Source of the DNA: the human T2T-CHM13v2.0 reference genome, Homo sapiens
Length of the DNA: 64,000 bases
Assembly (NCBI RefSeq): GCF_009914755.1
Contig: NC_060938.1
Reading direction: 5' to 3' (one strand)
In this document: positions 1 to 20,704 of the stretch, in pieces
How positions within the stretch are numbered: the stretch's first letter is position 1
How the letters are laid out: every line of letters starts with the position of its first letter
Notes under the pieces: model-generated
Database searches by the model: none
Seen by the model: the letters and a program-made list of their open reading frames with translations, nothing else
What the model was told of the DNA's origin: nothing
Program-made: the position numbers and the translations under genes

Positions 1-768
1 TGAGAATCTTCTCTCTAGCTGGAGAGAGGAACGACTAGGTGGCACTTTCACCTACCCTTTGTTTATATACTGCCAAGAACAGAGTAGACTCACTTCAAAC
101 TTGAAATAGTTCTTCTTAAGAGGAAGGTTGACAGGACTCAGTGACCTTGACTGCAAAGGACCTTCTTCTGTTCTGATGTGCACCTCTGATGCATCCACAA
201 CCTTAGTGTTTGACCCCAGCTATGCTGTTTTGCCAAGGCACCCCTTAAGCTTCCTACTATAAGTTTGGTTACTTTTAGAGTGTGGCAATGGAACAGAGAA
301 AGCTTATACAAATACATGGATGCCCTACTATTGATAACCTTATAATTAGTGTTAAAAGAAAAAGACTCCTCCCTCAAAACAAGGTGGCACTCAAGCCTCC
401 CCACAAAGTTAATTGTCTACTTTTTTCACAGAAATTTCCAAGGGGATTATTTAACTCATAATTCACTGTACATTTAACATGACATCCTATTGCAATTTTT
501 TGAAATATAGAAACATTCCATGGCTCTGTGATCTCGGCACAGAAGGCTTGGGACAAGCCCAACTGGTCAGGCCTGCCTCTGGGGCAGATGCTGAGTTGGG
601 GTAGTGCAAGCTGGGTGGGCCCCACACTCATCTGCTGGGCTGAAAACCCTGGGCTGCATGTGCCTACCTGGTTGTATACCAGTTGTACCACTGCCCTGCC
701 CAGGGATCTCCCATCTTTGACCCACTGCACTGCCAGACTACCAGCAGACATACCTTGCAAGCTCCTCT

Positions 769-1868
769 GAGCTGGAATCAATCCTACTGAAACTATTCAA
801 AAAATTGAGGAGGAAGTGTTCCTGTTTAACTCATTCTACAAAGCCACCATCACCCTGATACCAAAATCTGGCAAAGACACAAGAAAAGAAAACTGCAAGT
901 CAGTATTCCTGACGAACATCAACATAAAAATCCTCAAGAAAATACTAGCAAACCAAATCCAGTAGCACATCAAAAAGTTAATTCACCACAATCAAGTGGG
1001 CTTCATTCCTGCAATGTGAGGTTAGTTCAACATAAGCAAATCAATAAATGTTATTTGCCACATAAACAGGATTAAAAGCAAAAATTACATGATCATCTCA
1101 ATGGATGCAGAAAAGGCTTTTGATAAAGTCCAGTGTCTCTTTGTGTTAAAAACCCTCAGCAAACTAGGCATTGAAGGAACATACCTCAAAATAATAATAG
1201 CTGTCTATGACAAACCCACTGCCAACATCAAACTGATTGGGCAAAAGCTGGAAGCCATCCCCTTGAGAATTGGAACAAGACAAGGATGCCCACTCATACC
1301 ACTCCTATTAAACATAGTACTAGAAGTCCTAGGCAGAGCAATCAGGCAAAAGAAAGAAATTGAAGGCATCCAAATAGGAAAAGAGGAAGTCAAATGATCT
1401 CTCTTTGCTGATGATATGATTCTATACCTAGAAAACCCTAAGGATCTTGTCAGAAGGCTCCTAGACCTGATAAACCACTGCAGTAAAGTTTCAGGTTGCA
1501 AAACCAGTGTACAAAAATCAGTAGCATTTCTATACACCAATAATGTTCAAGCTGAGAGCCAAATCAAGAATGCAATCCCAATTTTAATAGCCACAAAAAA
1601 AATATCCAGTAACACATCTAACCAAGGAGGCGAAAGAGCTCTGCAAGGGGAGCTATAAAACACTGCTGAAAGAAATCATAGATGACATAAACAAATGGAA
1701 AAACATTCCTTACTCATGGATTAGAAGAATTAATATTGTTAAAATGACCATATTGCCCAAAGCAATCTACAGATTCAACACATTCCTATCAAACTACCAA
1801 TGTCATTTTTCACAGAATTAAAAAAATTATTTTAAAATTACTCTTGAATAGCCAGCGCAATCTTCAGC
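769..1868 (+). mobile_element. LINE-1 fragment (ORF2 reverse-transcriptase region), degenerate, L1PB/old L1PA-like
   Basis: ORFs 1089-1397 ([15 protein letters not shown]...[20 protein letters not shown]) and 1416-1658 ([12 protein letters not shown]) match L1 ORF2 RT motifs, interrupted by stops. Confidence 0.9.
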
Positions 1869-3445
1869 TGCTATTTCAGCCCTCTGTTTACCCAGTGTCC
1901 TATCAGCCTTTTACCTGTTAGTTGTAGAATCCATTGATGATCCTTGCTTGAATTGGTGATTTCATTATAACTTGAAAAATAATTTTAAAATTCCATCATT
2001 TATGCATTTTTAATGGTGGCATTCTGTGAAGAAGTGCATTCCTTTGTCCACATTGGTTATTTGATTACCTTGAGCTACGTTTACTAATGTAAAGACAGGA
2101 TGAATTCTTAATTTTTTCCCTTGAATTATCAATTTTCAGAGCTAGGAGGTGGCGTAGTAGCTATTTTTAATGGTGACAAATGCACTTTGTTTTTAATGTT
2201 GACTCTCTTTTAGATAAATGTTATTGCAGTTATTATTTTTTGTGCACAAATTGTTACAACTTCTTTAAGCTGGCTCTTATGTGCTTTTGACTTGATTACA
2301 TTTATCTTTGACTTCTGGCCCAAAAGAATACCTTATGCCATAAACTATAATATATATTTTATATGAGGTACAAAATATACATGTTTTCATATGACTGTTA
2401 TATATGTATTTGAAATTCTATCAGTATATATAAAATGAAAGAAAAGAATAATATGCTTTTATTTAGTTCACCATTTATCAAAAATTCATTTTCCTTAAGT
2501 CTAATCATGTTTCTGCTTATGTATATTTTTTAAATTTTCTTTTCTAAATCATAGGAAATACCCTCTTTTTACATTCAACAGATTAAAAACCCCACTCAAA
2601 TTGTACCCGATAGAATGTGAATAGCTCATATAAAATATGAGAGGAGGTAGCAGGCAACACTGTCTCAGCAATGTAAAGTTTCAATTTGAATTTCAAGGAT
2701 CCCCACTATAATATTTGGGATCTTTAGTAATTCAACATTATATTTGTATGTAAATCAAGATAATGAACATGAATTTATACTGGACACAATACGTCTGGTT
2801 GAGAGATTTTTCTCTAATATATGGTTTGAACCCAAACCCAGGAAAGATAAATGGCCATATTTATTTAGAATTAAGGTTCTGCCTAGTGGTGTGACAGAAA
2901 TTGAAAGGACAAAGGGACTTGAAATACTGGTAAGAATGATTGACATGGTGTCCTTTGGATTCTAAATGTCATCTGTATCATGAAGAGCTAGAATTAAGCC
3001 AGAAGGATTGAAGAGTATACCTGATCACAGGATCTCTAAATTAATATTTCAGTAGTGGCATATTTTTGGTGATGTACCTGACACATGGCATGTTATAGCA
3101 AATGTTTGTCAGATGAATGAATGACAAAGTCCAGGGAACAGCTAAAAGAATAGGTGGCAGGGGTGTATTTGATCATGTAAGATGAGATGGCAAGGAAATG
3201 AGAGTCAAATCTGGAGGATTTGGACATGACTATGCCAAATTAACTTTGTAATATAATTATTGGTTGATTTGCCTGAGTGATTAACATTAAATTATGAAGA
3301 TACTTCCAGAAGGATGTAAGTTCAGTGAGTTGAGAGGCAGTGAACACTTTAGTTTTGTCAATAACTTAAAATTGATTTGGTGGGGTCAAATTATCTAGAC
3401 TAGAATTAGCCTAGTGTAACTGTCTGTCTTACTTACTTCTTCAAG

Positions 3446-3551
3446 AATGTTTTACCTGTCCAAAAGGCGGCTTCACGAACTCTATGCATTTTTCTGCGTT
3501 ATAATCGTAAACAAGAACAGAGACATGAGGTCATTCAAAAATTAATTGAAC
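3446..3551 (+). CDS. PPP4R4: PPP4R4 coding exon (NVLPVQKAASRTLCIFLRYNRKQEQRHEVIQKLIE); gene continues upstream of the window
   Basis: tcaag acceptor, gtaagt donor, 106 nt, open frame that joins the next exon in phase 1. Confidence 0.9.
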
Positions 3552-5022
3552 GTAAGTAATCATTGTCTACTATTTTGAAAAAGGAAAGTAAACAAACTAG
3601 TTGGCTTTAGTTATGTCTAACTTATGTATCATTTTGCTGTGAATAATTAGGTTACTATTGGGTTTTATAAGATGATTTTTATTTTCTAGAAATCCTTATG
3701 GCAAGATTAGATCTGTGATGAATGAAAGTAATAATTACTCTGTTTTCTTTTGTAAATGTCTACACTTTAGAAATTAAAATATATTTACTTATATTGAAAG
3801 CCCAGTATCTCCCCTGATGAAATAGCATTTGGAACTAAAATATAAATAGAATATCCATGCATCTAATCATTTATTTTATGGTCCTATTTCAATATTCACA
3901 TAATTAACAGAATCTGGGATTTTTCTTTGAATAGAGTTGATAGTATATTTGAATATTAATTTGATGAGCCTAGTTGGTTTATAATGTCTTAAGAAACTAA
4001 GTCAGTTTACAAATGCAAATTTATTTTAATTTGTTAAGAGCTAAAATCAAGGCAAAAACATTTGGTTTATAGTATTGATTCTAGAAATAGTTGCACACAC
4101 CTATATATACTTAGTGAGTTTGTTAATTATTGTATATTTGCTTTGCCCATAATGTCTTAATATTTTTACCAAACTATATTATCCAGCATAGGCAGGTAAT
4201 GGGATTTTCTAGTTATTGGAGTTTACCAGTTTAAGTGTGTATCACTACTTTTCAAAAAATTAGAGTACTTTTATAAAATTCCATTTAAGAAAAAATATGC
4301 TCAGTATACTTTAATCTTTCTTTTTATAGTCTTATTTTAATTCGGTTTTCATTTTTCAGTGGCAAGAGCTCATGTTTAGAATGTTTTATTTTGAAAGAAG
4401 ATTCAGTTTGGTTTTATTTTTGAACATTTATGTAAAAAGTAGAAAATTAACCTTTTAAATATTGACCTGAATTATTGTCAGTAATGCTGTTTATATATGA
4501 CTGTATCTACTTTAGGCATTTTTAAGGAAACAAAGGGAAGAAAACAGTTAATTTGATTATTAAAACACTTAGAAGTTATACAGAGCTGTGTTTGAATTCT
4601 AGCTCTGCACCTGCCAGCTGTGTGACTTTAAACTCACTAAATCTTAGTATCCTTATCTTTTAAGAGGAAGAAGTATGTGCATCCCTTGGGCTGCTTTTCA
4701 GGGCTAAATGAGATAATATGTGTAAAGTACTTAGCACATAGTGGGTGATAAAAAGTAGTAAATACAGTCATTCCATAGTTAATAAATGCTTATGAAATTG
4801 AATGAAATGTTTGACAAAACTGTTTTATGGTTTTTGAGGTGTCATTTTGGGGATTTACAAACCTGAGGTATATAATAATGATATTTTTCCTCTTATGTCT
4901 TGTATTTGCTAGCCAAATTGTGGGTATGAAGAAACTTCTTATGCATTTTGTGTGTCTAACTTTGTCACTTTAATTTCATATAGGAAAAATTAACTTAAGA
5001 TAATTTTTGTTGTTGTTTCTAG

Positions 5023-5170
5023 AATTGGGCCAAGGAAAAAGTTACTGGAATAGACTTCGATTTTTGGATACCTGTGAATTTATTATAGAGATATTTTCAA
5101 AATCATTTTTCTGTAAATATTTCTTTCTACCTGCTATTGAACTGACACATGATCCAGTAGCAAATGTGAG
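5023..5170 (+). CDS. PPP4R4: PPP4R4 coding exon (QLGQGKSYWNRLRFLDTCEF...HDPVANVR), HEAT-repeat-like
   Basis: tttctag acceptor, gtatgt donor, 148 nt; DPVANVR resembles the HEAT motif of the PP2A-A/PP4R1 family. Confidence 0.93.
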
Positions 5171-6449
5171 GTATGTTATCAATGAAGGAAAATATTGGAA
5201 ATTGTATTTATTTTTATCTACTATAGTGAACATATGCAAAATCTTTTCCTTAGCCAATTAAAAACTTAAGTCAAGAATTTACACGTGCTTTGAAATTCTT
5301 AGTATTCATAATTGATGGGCATCAGTAAGACTTGGAAGCATACTCTTTCAACACTGTCTCAGATCTTTTGTCTTTACTGGGTTGAGAGCAGTTAGTCAAA
5401 GCCAGATTGGTAAGCTTCTTCGGCCATTTGGATATACACATTGAAATGATTAGAAGGTTGAGTAGATGTTATTAATTTATCTACCATTAAAACTAAAGAA
5501 AAGACGGTCAGTAGCCTTATCACTTCAAAGTTGTTTGGTGAGCATCCGTTAGTTTCTAGAGGCCCATTTATTCAAAGAAGTAGAACTGCTTCAAAGTCTT
5601 CATCTTGTCTTCTATGTTTTGCCTTATATTATTGAAATCCAGTAAAATGTTAATTGCATTTGATTAACTGTTAAGTTGGAAGGAACAGACCTGAAAATGG
5701 CTTGCCTGGAAATGGAAAAAAATAATAAATATATTTTGTCCTTTTTCTCTCCAAAAGAGCACATCACTTCCTTTTTTTTTACTGTGGTAAAATATGTATA
5801 ATATAAAATTTACTATTTTAACCATTTATAAGTGTATAGTTGAGTGGCATTAAAGTACATGCACATTATTAAGAGCTATTTTTGTACATTTGATAATAGA
5901 ATGAAAAGAATGTTAAACCCTCAGCCATTAGATTTCTGTGTTCTAAGTCCTGTGTCTCTATTTTGAACTTGAACTCAGATCTGCAGGAAAGAGAGACATC
6001 AGAGTCAGTTGGCCAAAGGCATTCCTGAACAAACTCTAGAACTCCCTGCTGAATTTTCATACATTGGGGCACTTAGTCTTATGCATCTGAAAGATGCATA
6101 TGTACCACTTTTATAAACAACTGATGTGAATTTTAGGCAATATGTAAAACATCAAAACTTTTTAATAGGAAGAGTTGGTGAGATAATAAGCTAACTGAGA
6201 TTAATAGTCTTGGTGTTGAGATATATATGAAGATGAATTGTCAAAAGATACTGAAAAGTTCAACTTAAGACTTTTATGAGCATTTTTTAATGGGAACAAA
6301 TCTAGAAGTTTTTCTTTTGTATTTTAAATGTGAGAAAATACAGAAAGCACAACTGCATTGACTTTAGTTTTTGTTGCATATTTCTTGTGCTTTATAAATG
6401 AGAGGTGGGGTATTGCTGACATTTAAAGTGAATTGAAAAGAACCTTTTG

Positions 6450-6765
<316 letters not shown>

Positions 6766-8129
6766 TTAGCTCTTCCTAAACAACTAATGGGTCCATCTTT
6801 ATGAACATTTTGTGAATTAAAATTGTGATTCTATAAAAGCAACTTTCAATGTGATGTATTGTCACTTATCAGGCAGTTGACAAAAATAATTTGAAAGGAA
6901 ACGAAATCATCTCTACTTTGATCAGTGTAACTAAGAGCATAACATTGACTCTTTGAGAAAGAAATCTGCCAATTCAAAAAACCAAATGAAGAGTAATTAA
7001 ATATTACTCTATTAATTTCAGAGATCTGCAGGGCAGCAGATTATTGTATAACTGTGTGTCTTGGTTCCTACTCTCTTGCCTGGCCAGCTGCCAGCCAAGA
7101 TATGTGTCCAGCAACACTGTATGCTAACTGGCTTTGGGTATAAAAGCCCTTGCTCAGTGCTTTAGGGATGTGCAGATAGAATGAAAGCCATCACAGGCAA
7201 GGGTGGTAGGATCATGTTGGTTAGGAGGACAGTTTCCGGAGCCACACTCCCTGAGCTGAAATTCCAGCTCTATATTAAATGTGTATCTTTAGCCAAGTTA
7301 CAAAACTTCTGTGTGCATTGATTTCCTTAGTACCTAATTTATAAAGTATTCTGAGGTACAAATAACTGAGATAATATACATAAATTATCTGAAAGGTGTG
7401 GTCCCTAATCTCAAGAATTTGATCATCTCATGGGCCCAGGAGTCTCATAGAGATGAATCATTACGATGGCTTGGGTAGCTTCTGCTGAATATCTGTTTTC
7501 TAGACATGCCTTGGGTTATAAAGAATGGAGTGTGCATAGATTGTTAAGTGTTTTTGTTTTTCCTTAAGTTAATGTTTAAAATTTAAATTCACCAAGTTTA
7601 GACAATGTCAAGCTGGAAAAAGACTCTTGGTATTCAGAGAAGCCTTTTCCACAGCTGCCAGAAATGAAATAATTTATTTGGGGGGATTGATATTCCTTAA
7701 TTAGAGAAAGCATTACTAGGTTTAGCTGTATCCGTGGTGAGCTGTGAATGAGATTGAGACCATTGTTGCTATTTACAATGCTGGAAATTCTACAGGAGGA
7801 GCTTCTTTACCCTTTTTGGTTAAATCAAAAGCAAATTTTGTTGTATATGAAGAATCCTCAAGTAAAAATTCAGCTGAGAAAGTGTTCTGGAAACTCTAAA
7901 AATGGGATTCAGGTGTCTCAAGGTTGCAATAAAAATAAAAAATAATAATTTGTAGAGCATTCAGATGAATAAATGAATATAGCAGCTATAAAATAGATAC
8001 CCACCTAGCATCCCTCTCTAAAACAGCCATGGAAAAAGAGTAGACTTTTAGCTTAGCAAAGGAGAGTATTTCCTCTGAAATGCCTCCTCCTGGAAAGGCT
8101 TTTTTTTAGGCTCTGGGATTTACTCTTAA

Positions 8130-9640
<1,511 letters not shown>

Positions 9641-9733
9641 ACTCTCAGGCTATCTAAAACTTGATTTTTGTTTTATGTTTCTGTTATTCTTAGTTATTAA
9701 ATTCACTCAAGAGTAAATACTATTTTATTGTAG

Positions 9734-9878
9734 AATGAAACTTTGCTACCTGTTGCCCAAAGTGAAATCTACTCTGAAGATTCCTGCTGATAAGCATCTA
9801 CTTCAGCAGTTAGAAATGTGTGTGAGGAAACTCCTGTGTCAAGAAAAAGATAAAGATGTTCTGGCTATTGTAAAAAGA
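9734..9878 (+). CDS. PPP4R4: PPP4R4 coding exon (MKLCYLLPKVKSTLK...DVLAIVKR)
   Basis: ttgtag acceptor, gtaagt donor, 145 nt, phase consistent with neighbours. Confidence 0.93.
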
Positions 9879-10912
9879 GTAAGTATCACTCTTGCCACAA
9901 TGTTGCATTTTTTGCATTAAGGCAGTAAGAATCTTAGCTTCACTATTTCAGCTTGACAGGATAGCAATATATTACAATATTTTTATCCTTGCTAAAATTG
10001 TAAGAATTAGTAAATGATTTGGTTGATATGTGCTACAACTGGATATGAAACTTTCGAAGGGCACCTAGACATTAAACCTGTATTACTAGTAATATAAGCC
10101 CATGTTGAGAGAGTTTGACACATGTTAGGTGCTCAATAAACACTGTTCAATTAATAATGAATGTTTTATTCATCAGACTTTCTTTATAAGTGATTATAAT
10201 CCAGTGAAACTTTGTTGGTAAAATTGGCAAAGTCACATTTTATAGAAACTTATCCCTGGAAGGGCCCTTTGAGTTAATTCAGGGGTCTGTTTGACTTTAT
10301 AGAAGTTATATGCCTAGAAATATTGTGTCTACTTGAGATCATATTAGTAAGTAGCAGAATCAGGAGGACTAGAATAGAGACCTCTTACCTGCTCCTGAGT
10401 GCATTTCTTTGTAAATAATGTAACATTGTATCCTATGAGTTTTTTGTTTGTTTTAGCATGAGATCTTAGTATATGGATTCTTTGGAGATGTTGGAAAAAC
10501 TAAACAGTAAAAATTTGGGTTAGTGAGCCACATCTTAGAATAATTTTTACTCTTCAAAAATTGTTTATGCTGAATATATAACTAATATTTTTATAAGTTG
10601 AAGTGAAATTATTTACTTTTATGAATCTGAATATAAACTTCAGGACACATTGTTTTTGAGCATTTATTTATAGTGAGGGAAATTTCCTTATTAGTGTCAT
10701 AAATAAATTAGCATACATGGTGAGAAAAGAGAGAATTCTTATTTTTTCTCTTTTTTTCTAGAAATCATTGCCAGATGTCACATGAAGAATCTTTTAATTA
10801 AGTGATTTGATGACTTAGTATGAATTAGTATAGTTTTAGTTTTAATGAAATGTGAATTCTTCTTTCATTAACTGGTATAACCAGAAATACGTAGAGTTGC
10901 ACATGCATTTAA

Positions 10913-10916
<4 letters not shown>

Positions 10917-10958
<42 letters not shown>
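10917..10958. repeat. (AC)21 microsatellite
   Basis: Perfect dinucleotide run. Confidence 0.97.
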
Positions 10959-10961
<3 letters not shown>

Positions 10962-12064
10962 TTTCTACCAGACAGTTCCTTCCTTACTATTTAATATTTA
11001 AGTATAGAAGTTTAGGCAATGGAGTTAACTTGTCAAAATAATAAACATGAGATGGTTAATTACTTTTCCAGAATAATTTATTAATTCAAGAGACAATATA
11101 AGCTAATGCTATACAGGTGTAACAGTGATGTAATAAAATTAATGGATTATTAGTCTATAGTGGATTATTCTGGAGTACAGCTCTTATTTTCAGTATGCTG
11201 CATATAGTGAAGCCAGTCTGTCCCATGGAAATTCTGTAGTATAATGAGACATTAGTATGGAAAACTCCCAGGAAGCTACACAAAACTTTTGGATAAAAAT
11301 TGAATAGTTTCATCAGTTTTATAATATGAGAAGTAACTTTATTTAAAAAGAGAGTCTTTCATGGCATGCATTATGAATTTTTCATAAATTTCAGCAGAAA
11401 AAGCTTCCACTAAATTTTATGTTTGTCATGGATAGCTTTGGGCATATGCATATCCAAATGTACTTTATTTTGGCCATTAGGGTTACTCTTGTAGAATAAG
11501 TTTTAGAAGTACTGCCCTCTATCAGAGACAGAACCCTGGGTTAGATTGACCATTGTTTTGATTGGGATAATTTGTTTCAAACTAGTGTATTCCAAAAGAC
11601 AAATAGTAAATTGAGAGAATATTTTCAGAGCAGATATAAAATTTCTACAGAAGGGAACTAAGGATTATTAGGCCCCATGATGGCTTGTCTCATTCGTATA
11701 TAGCTAAAAGACTTTTTAAAACTTCAAAAGCTACATTATGTTTCTGAAAATTCAGAAAAGATTGGCACTGGGAGTTACTAGAAATTAGTTAGATTATATG
11801 CATTTGGTATTTGAAATATGCCTGTAGACTTGGTCTTCTTAAGGTTAAAAACTTTCAAAAGTTAAAATTGACCCTGGCATGATTGTATAAAGATTGATTG
11901 TAAGTACAATGTAGAATTGGGCAGAACTTTAGTTTTCTGACTTAGTCTTCCCCCTAGTGCAGAAGTCTTCTATTTGAACCTCCATTTGCAAAATAAGTTG
12001 CTGAGAAATGATTGGTTGTTTTAATTTAATTACTTTAGAATAATTTTAAAAACTTTCCTTATAG

Positions 12065-12106
12065 ACTGTATTAGAGTTGGACAGAATGGAAATGTCTATG
12101 GATGCT
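12065..12106 (+). CDS. PPP4R4: PPP4R4 42-nt coding exon (TVLELDRMEMSMDA)
   Basis: ttatag acceptor, gtaagt donor, phase 0-0. Confidence 0.88.
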
Positions 12107-12130
12107 GTAAGTATACTCTCTTTACCTTAT

Positions 12131-12497
12131 TGTGTTGGTCCATTTTCATGCTGCTGAAAAAGACATACCCAAGACTGGGCAATTTACAAAAGAAAGAGGT
12201 TTAATTGAACTCACAGTTCCACGTGGCTGGGGAGGCCTCACAATCGTGACAGAAGGCAAGGAGGAGCAAGTCACATCTTACATGGATGGCGGCAGGCAAA
12301 GAGAGAGCTTGTGCAGGGAAACTCCCCCTTACAATACCATCAGATCTCGAGAGACTCATTCACTATCATGAGAAGAGCATAGGAAAGACCCACCCCCATA
12401 ATTCAGTCATCTCCCACCCGGTCCCTCCCACAACATGTGGGAATTAGGGGAGCTACAAGATGAAATTTGGATGGGGACACAGAGTCAAACCATATCA
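12131..12497 (-). mobile_element. THE1 (MaLR) solo LTR, THE1B-like
   Basis: Reverse complement starts TGATATGGTTTG; near-identical 5-bp TSD cttat/tttat. Confidence 0.9.
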
Positions 12498-12576
12498 TTT
12501 ATATTGAAAGGAATATTTTAAACTTGGCAGAAACTCATCACTAATGTTTCACAATTTCATTTTAAACTTTAAACAG

Positions 12577-12651
12577 TTTCAGAAAAAGTTTTATGAGAAA
12601 GATTTGTTGGATCAAGAGAAAGAAAGAGAAGAACTACTTCTTTTGGAAATG
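12577..12651 (+). CDS. PPP4R4: PPP4R4 coding exon (FQKKFYEKDLLDQEKEREELLLLEM), coiled-coil-like
   Basis: aaacag acceptor, gtatgt donor, 75 nt, phase 0-0. Confidence 0.9.
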
Positions 12652-12834
12652 GTATGTTGTTTTCACATGCACACACATATACTCTTTTCTGATTAATAAC
12701 TGTGTTTTTTTATTAAACTTAATCATTTCTTTCCATTTCACCATTTCACATTACTCTTTTTTCTTCTTAAATGATAGTCCAGTTTTTTGAAATCTGTTCT
12801 TTTATGAACTAGATAGAAAACTATATTTGAGAGC

Positions 12835-17400
<4,566 letters not shown>

Positions 17401-17445
17401 ACCTATAATTTGTGTACTTTCTTTATACATATTTATGTATCTATA

Positions 17446-17733
<288 letters not shown>

Positions 17734-18159
17734 TCTCTATGTATATTATACTTAAATAAAGCATTTAAAAATATCCAAGACCATTTTCTTTTCTCTCAAT
17801 CTTTTTAAAGAAAGATATTATTTAGCCATTTACCAATCTGAAATTGAAACGACCAAAGTAATGGATATTTTGCTAATGTGATTTAGGAAATACCGTCTAG
17901 AAAATGAAGGGTAATTATTACAATGATACCAAACTCATTGTTTTAGCTTGACAAACCCTCAAGGGCATAATTCTGTAGATATGAAAAGAGCACAAATCTG
18001 AAAGAACCCTGAATTCTTTAGACACTAACATTGGAAAAAAATACTTCTTTTAGGCATTTTTATGAACTTTACTTGAATCTCTAATGCTTAATTTCTCAGA
18101 ACAATTTTCTAGACCTACTTCAGTTGTACCTTTAATGCAAGATACTGTCTTAATAACAG

Positions 18160-18229
18160 GAACAATTAGAGAAAGAAAAGCAACAGAATGATGGAAGGCC
18201 CATGAGTGATAAAATGTTTGAAAAGAAAC
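18160..18229 (+). CDS. PPP4R4: PPP4R4 coding exon (EQLEKEKQQNDGRPMSDKMFEKK)
   Basis: aacag acceptor, gtaagt donor, 70 nt. Confidence 0.88.
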
Positions 18230-18668
18230 GTAAGTAGTTTTTCTATGTCTTCAACACTTAATTACATAATTAATGTTGCATCCTGGTATTCTGAAAGACC
18301 ATGCTGAATTTTTTATTTGATATGGAAAATTGCTTTACTTTCTTTCATTTTTGAAAAGTCGTTTTTGAAAATTGGCCACTTAATGTGGTACAGATGTTAA
18401 GAGTACATGAATGAAAGGCAGGAACCAGGGTGGACGTTCAGATGCTTCAAAAGAAAAGCTTCAAGTCTGATAACAGCTGTAAGATTGTGAAATTGATCAC
18501 TGAATAACAAAGATTGAAATATGTAAATATTACCAAGTAAGAATATTTGGAAAAGAAAGCTGCTTAGCTAGGGATAGTGATTCATATTGTCTGAGTTGTC
18601 TTGTGTATTTATGGAGATTAATAAGGACTTAGAGGAAATTATACAACTTAAAGCAGAATTTATTTTAG

Positions 18669-18755
18669 GTAGAGACACTAAGACACCAACGCAAAGTCTG
18701 CCCAAGAACATCCCCATTTCTGTTCCTGGACCCTCTTCTGTCACCCCATCGACAA
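18669..18755 (+). CDS. PPP4R4: PPP4R4 coding exon (RRDTKTPTQSLPKNIPISVPGPSSVTPST)
   Basis: ttttag acceptor, gtaaga donor, 87 nt, phase 1-1. Confidence 0.88.
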
Positions 18756-19075
18756 GTAAGAAATAACTTCTTTTTATATCTTTTTGTAATTTTTCTTCCT
18801 TGTATACAAATTGCTGGGAAAGTCACTCTATTAGATGAGATACAGTAGGATAATATATCTCATTCTAAAGCACTTTTCACCTTCTATCATTAGGTGTTTT
18901 GGTAGTTTTTAATTGGTAGTAAGGGTAAGAGATACTTCAGTGAGCTCAAATTAAGGAAAAAAGGCTAAAGCCATCTGTGTTTTACTGAAAATGATGGTAG
19001 TTGGGGAGGGAATGGGGGTTGGAGCAGCCGAGGATGAACTGAATACATTTTCCTTTTTTCTGCTTATTGCTCTAG

Positions 19076-19169
19076 GTAAAGAAATCAAGAAATCCAAACT
19101 GATTCGAAGCCAGTCTTTTAATAATCAAGCTTTTCATGCAAAATATGGCAACTTAGAGAAATGTGCTAG
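19076..19169 (+). CDS. PPP4R4: PPP4R4 coding exon (SKEIKKSKLIRSQSFNNQAFHAKYGNLEKCA)
   Basis: ctctag acceptor, AG/gtacga donor, 94 nt. Confidence 0.9.
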
Positions 19170-20240
19170 GTACGATCTGTAAGCCCTTCAATTTTTAACA
19201 TAATTTTTATCTTTATTCACATCTTCATATATATGAGTTTACATTTTATAAAAATCAGAATTAATTTTGAGGTTTTTTTATAGGCCAGTATTTTGTGAGT
19301 GTTCTTCTGTAGGGATTGTTATATTTAAAAATAAGAGACCTCCAACAATTTTCACAAAAATAGGTATTCTGGCATTCTAGGAAGAATACTGACATGATAC
19401 TATTTAATAATATCATAGAATCCATATATTATTTCATGAGGGAGATAGTAGTATATCACATGTGCCACTTAACTTTTAATACGTATGAGTATGTTCCATT
19501 ATCTAAATGTATATAGACATCCCTTTGCTACTAATATTGTTTCTGTCTATAAAGAATCCATTGGCATGTTCATATGATAAAGTGATCACAGCAGAGTTAG
19601 CGTGACAATAGATGAATGTCTGGTTTCCCCTTTAGCCCAGGAGACAAAATTACAAGCAGTTAAGATTAGGATAGAATCAATATAAGTTAAATTACCATGA
19701 TTTTTTATATGTGCTATACAAACTGCTGTATGTCAATTGACAAGCAAAATAATTTTAAGAAAACAAATATCTTTAAAACTATTCCTTTGTCTATCAAGAT
19801 AAATTACATGTTTCAGGAAAAAGTATTTTTCTTTTATTAAAGATAGCTTCTTACAGAATTTCAGCTGTGTTTTTGGGCATTATCAGTAGATCCATCAAGA
19901 GTACCTGGCCAGTAGAGTGATCTCAAGATAGAAAAAAGAGATTATAACTAAAGATAAGTTTTGTTTCCAAGAAAATTTTACCCATTTTAGCTGCCTTGCT
20001 TGAACCTCAAAAGAAAAACTGTAATTCTGATGAAGCAAAAGTTTAAGGAAATGCTTTCAAGTTATAGACGAAGTAAGTGTTGTGAGGCATGAATATAAAA
20101 AAAATGAGAAATAAAAGCAACAAACGTTTCATAAGTAGAGGAAAGCATTAAAAAGAAGATTAAAACAGCACAAGTGTTAGATGACTGAGATTGTAAGAAG
20201 TGTGTTTTTGTATTTTAAACTAAATCATGTTGTTTTCTAG

Positions 20241-20311
20241 TAAAAGTTCTACAACAGGATATACAACTTCTGTCTCAGGGTTAGGAAAGACTTCTGTGCT
20301 TTCACTAGCTG
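20241..20311 (+). CDS. PPP4R4: PPP4R4 coding exon (SKSSTTGYTTSVSGLGKTSVLSLA)
   Basis: tttctag acceptor, gtaagt donor, 71 nt; bridges phase 2 to phase 1 as required. Confidence 0.88.
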
Positions 20312-20704
20312 GTAAGTAGCAATCTAAGTTCTTCAAAAAGTTGCTAAATTTAACAAAATATTATTTTCCTTAAATGACCTATTTCTTTAGTACTAGATGT
20401 AGTGTTTTCTTAAATCTAAATCTTTATCAGGTCCCTAAGAAATTAAACTTTTGTCTAGCAATTGAGAAAATATTTGACTAAACTATTTTGTCTTCACTGT
20501 GTCAAGACTCAAGAGTTTAGTACTTTTAAAATAGAAAAAGAACAAAAGTGATAGGGTATGTTTTGCCATACTGGGAAGGTTTACTGAGGCACAGACAAAA
20601 AGGTTTTGCAATAATTTTTAGGGAAGTTAAAAACAACAGGACTTCACTGTAAATCTAGATGAACAGCTAGACATTTACAATATTATGTATTTGGAAGTTT
20701 GTGG

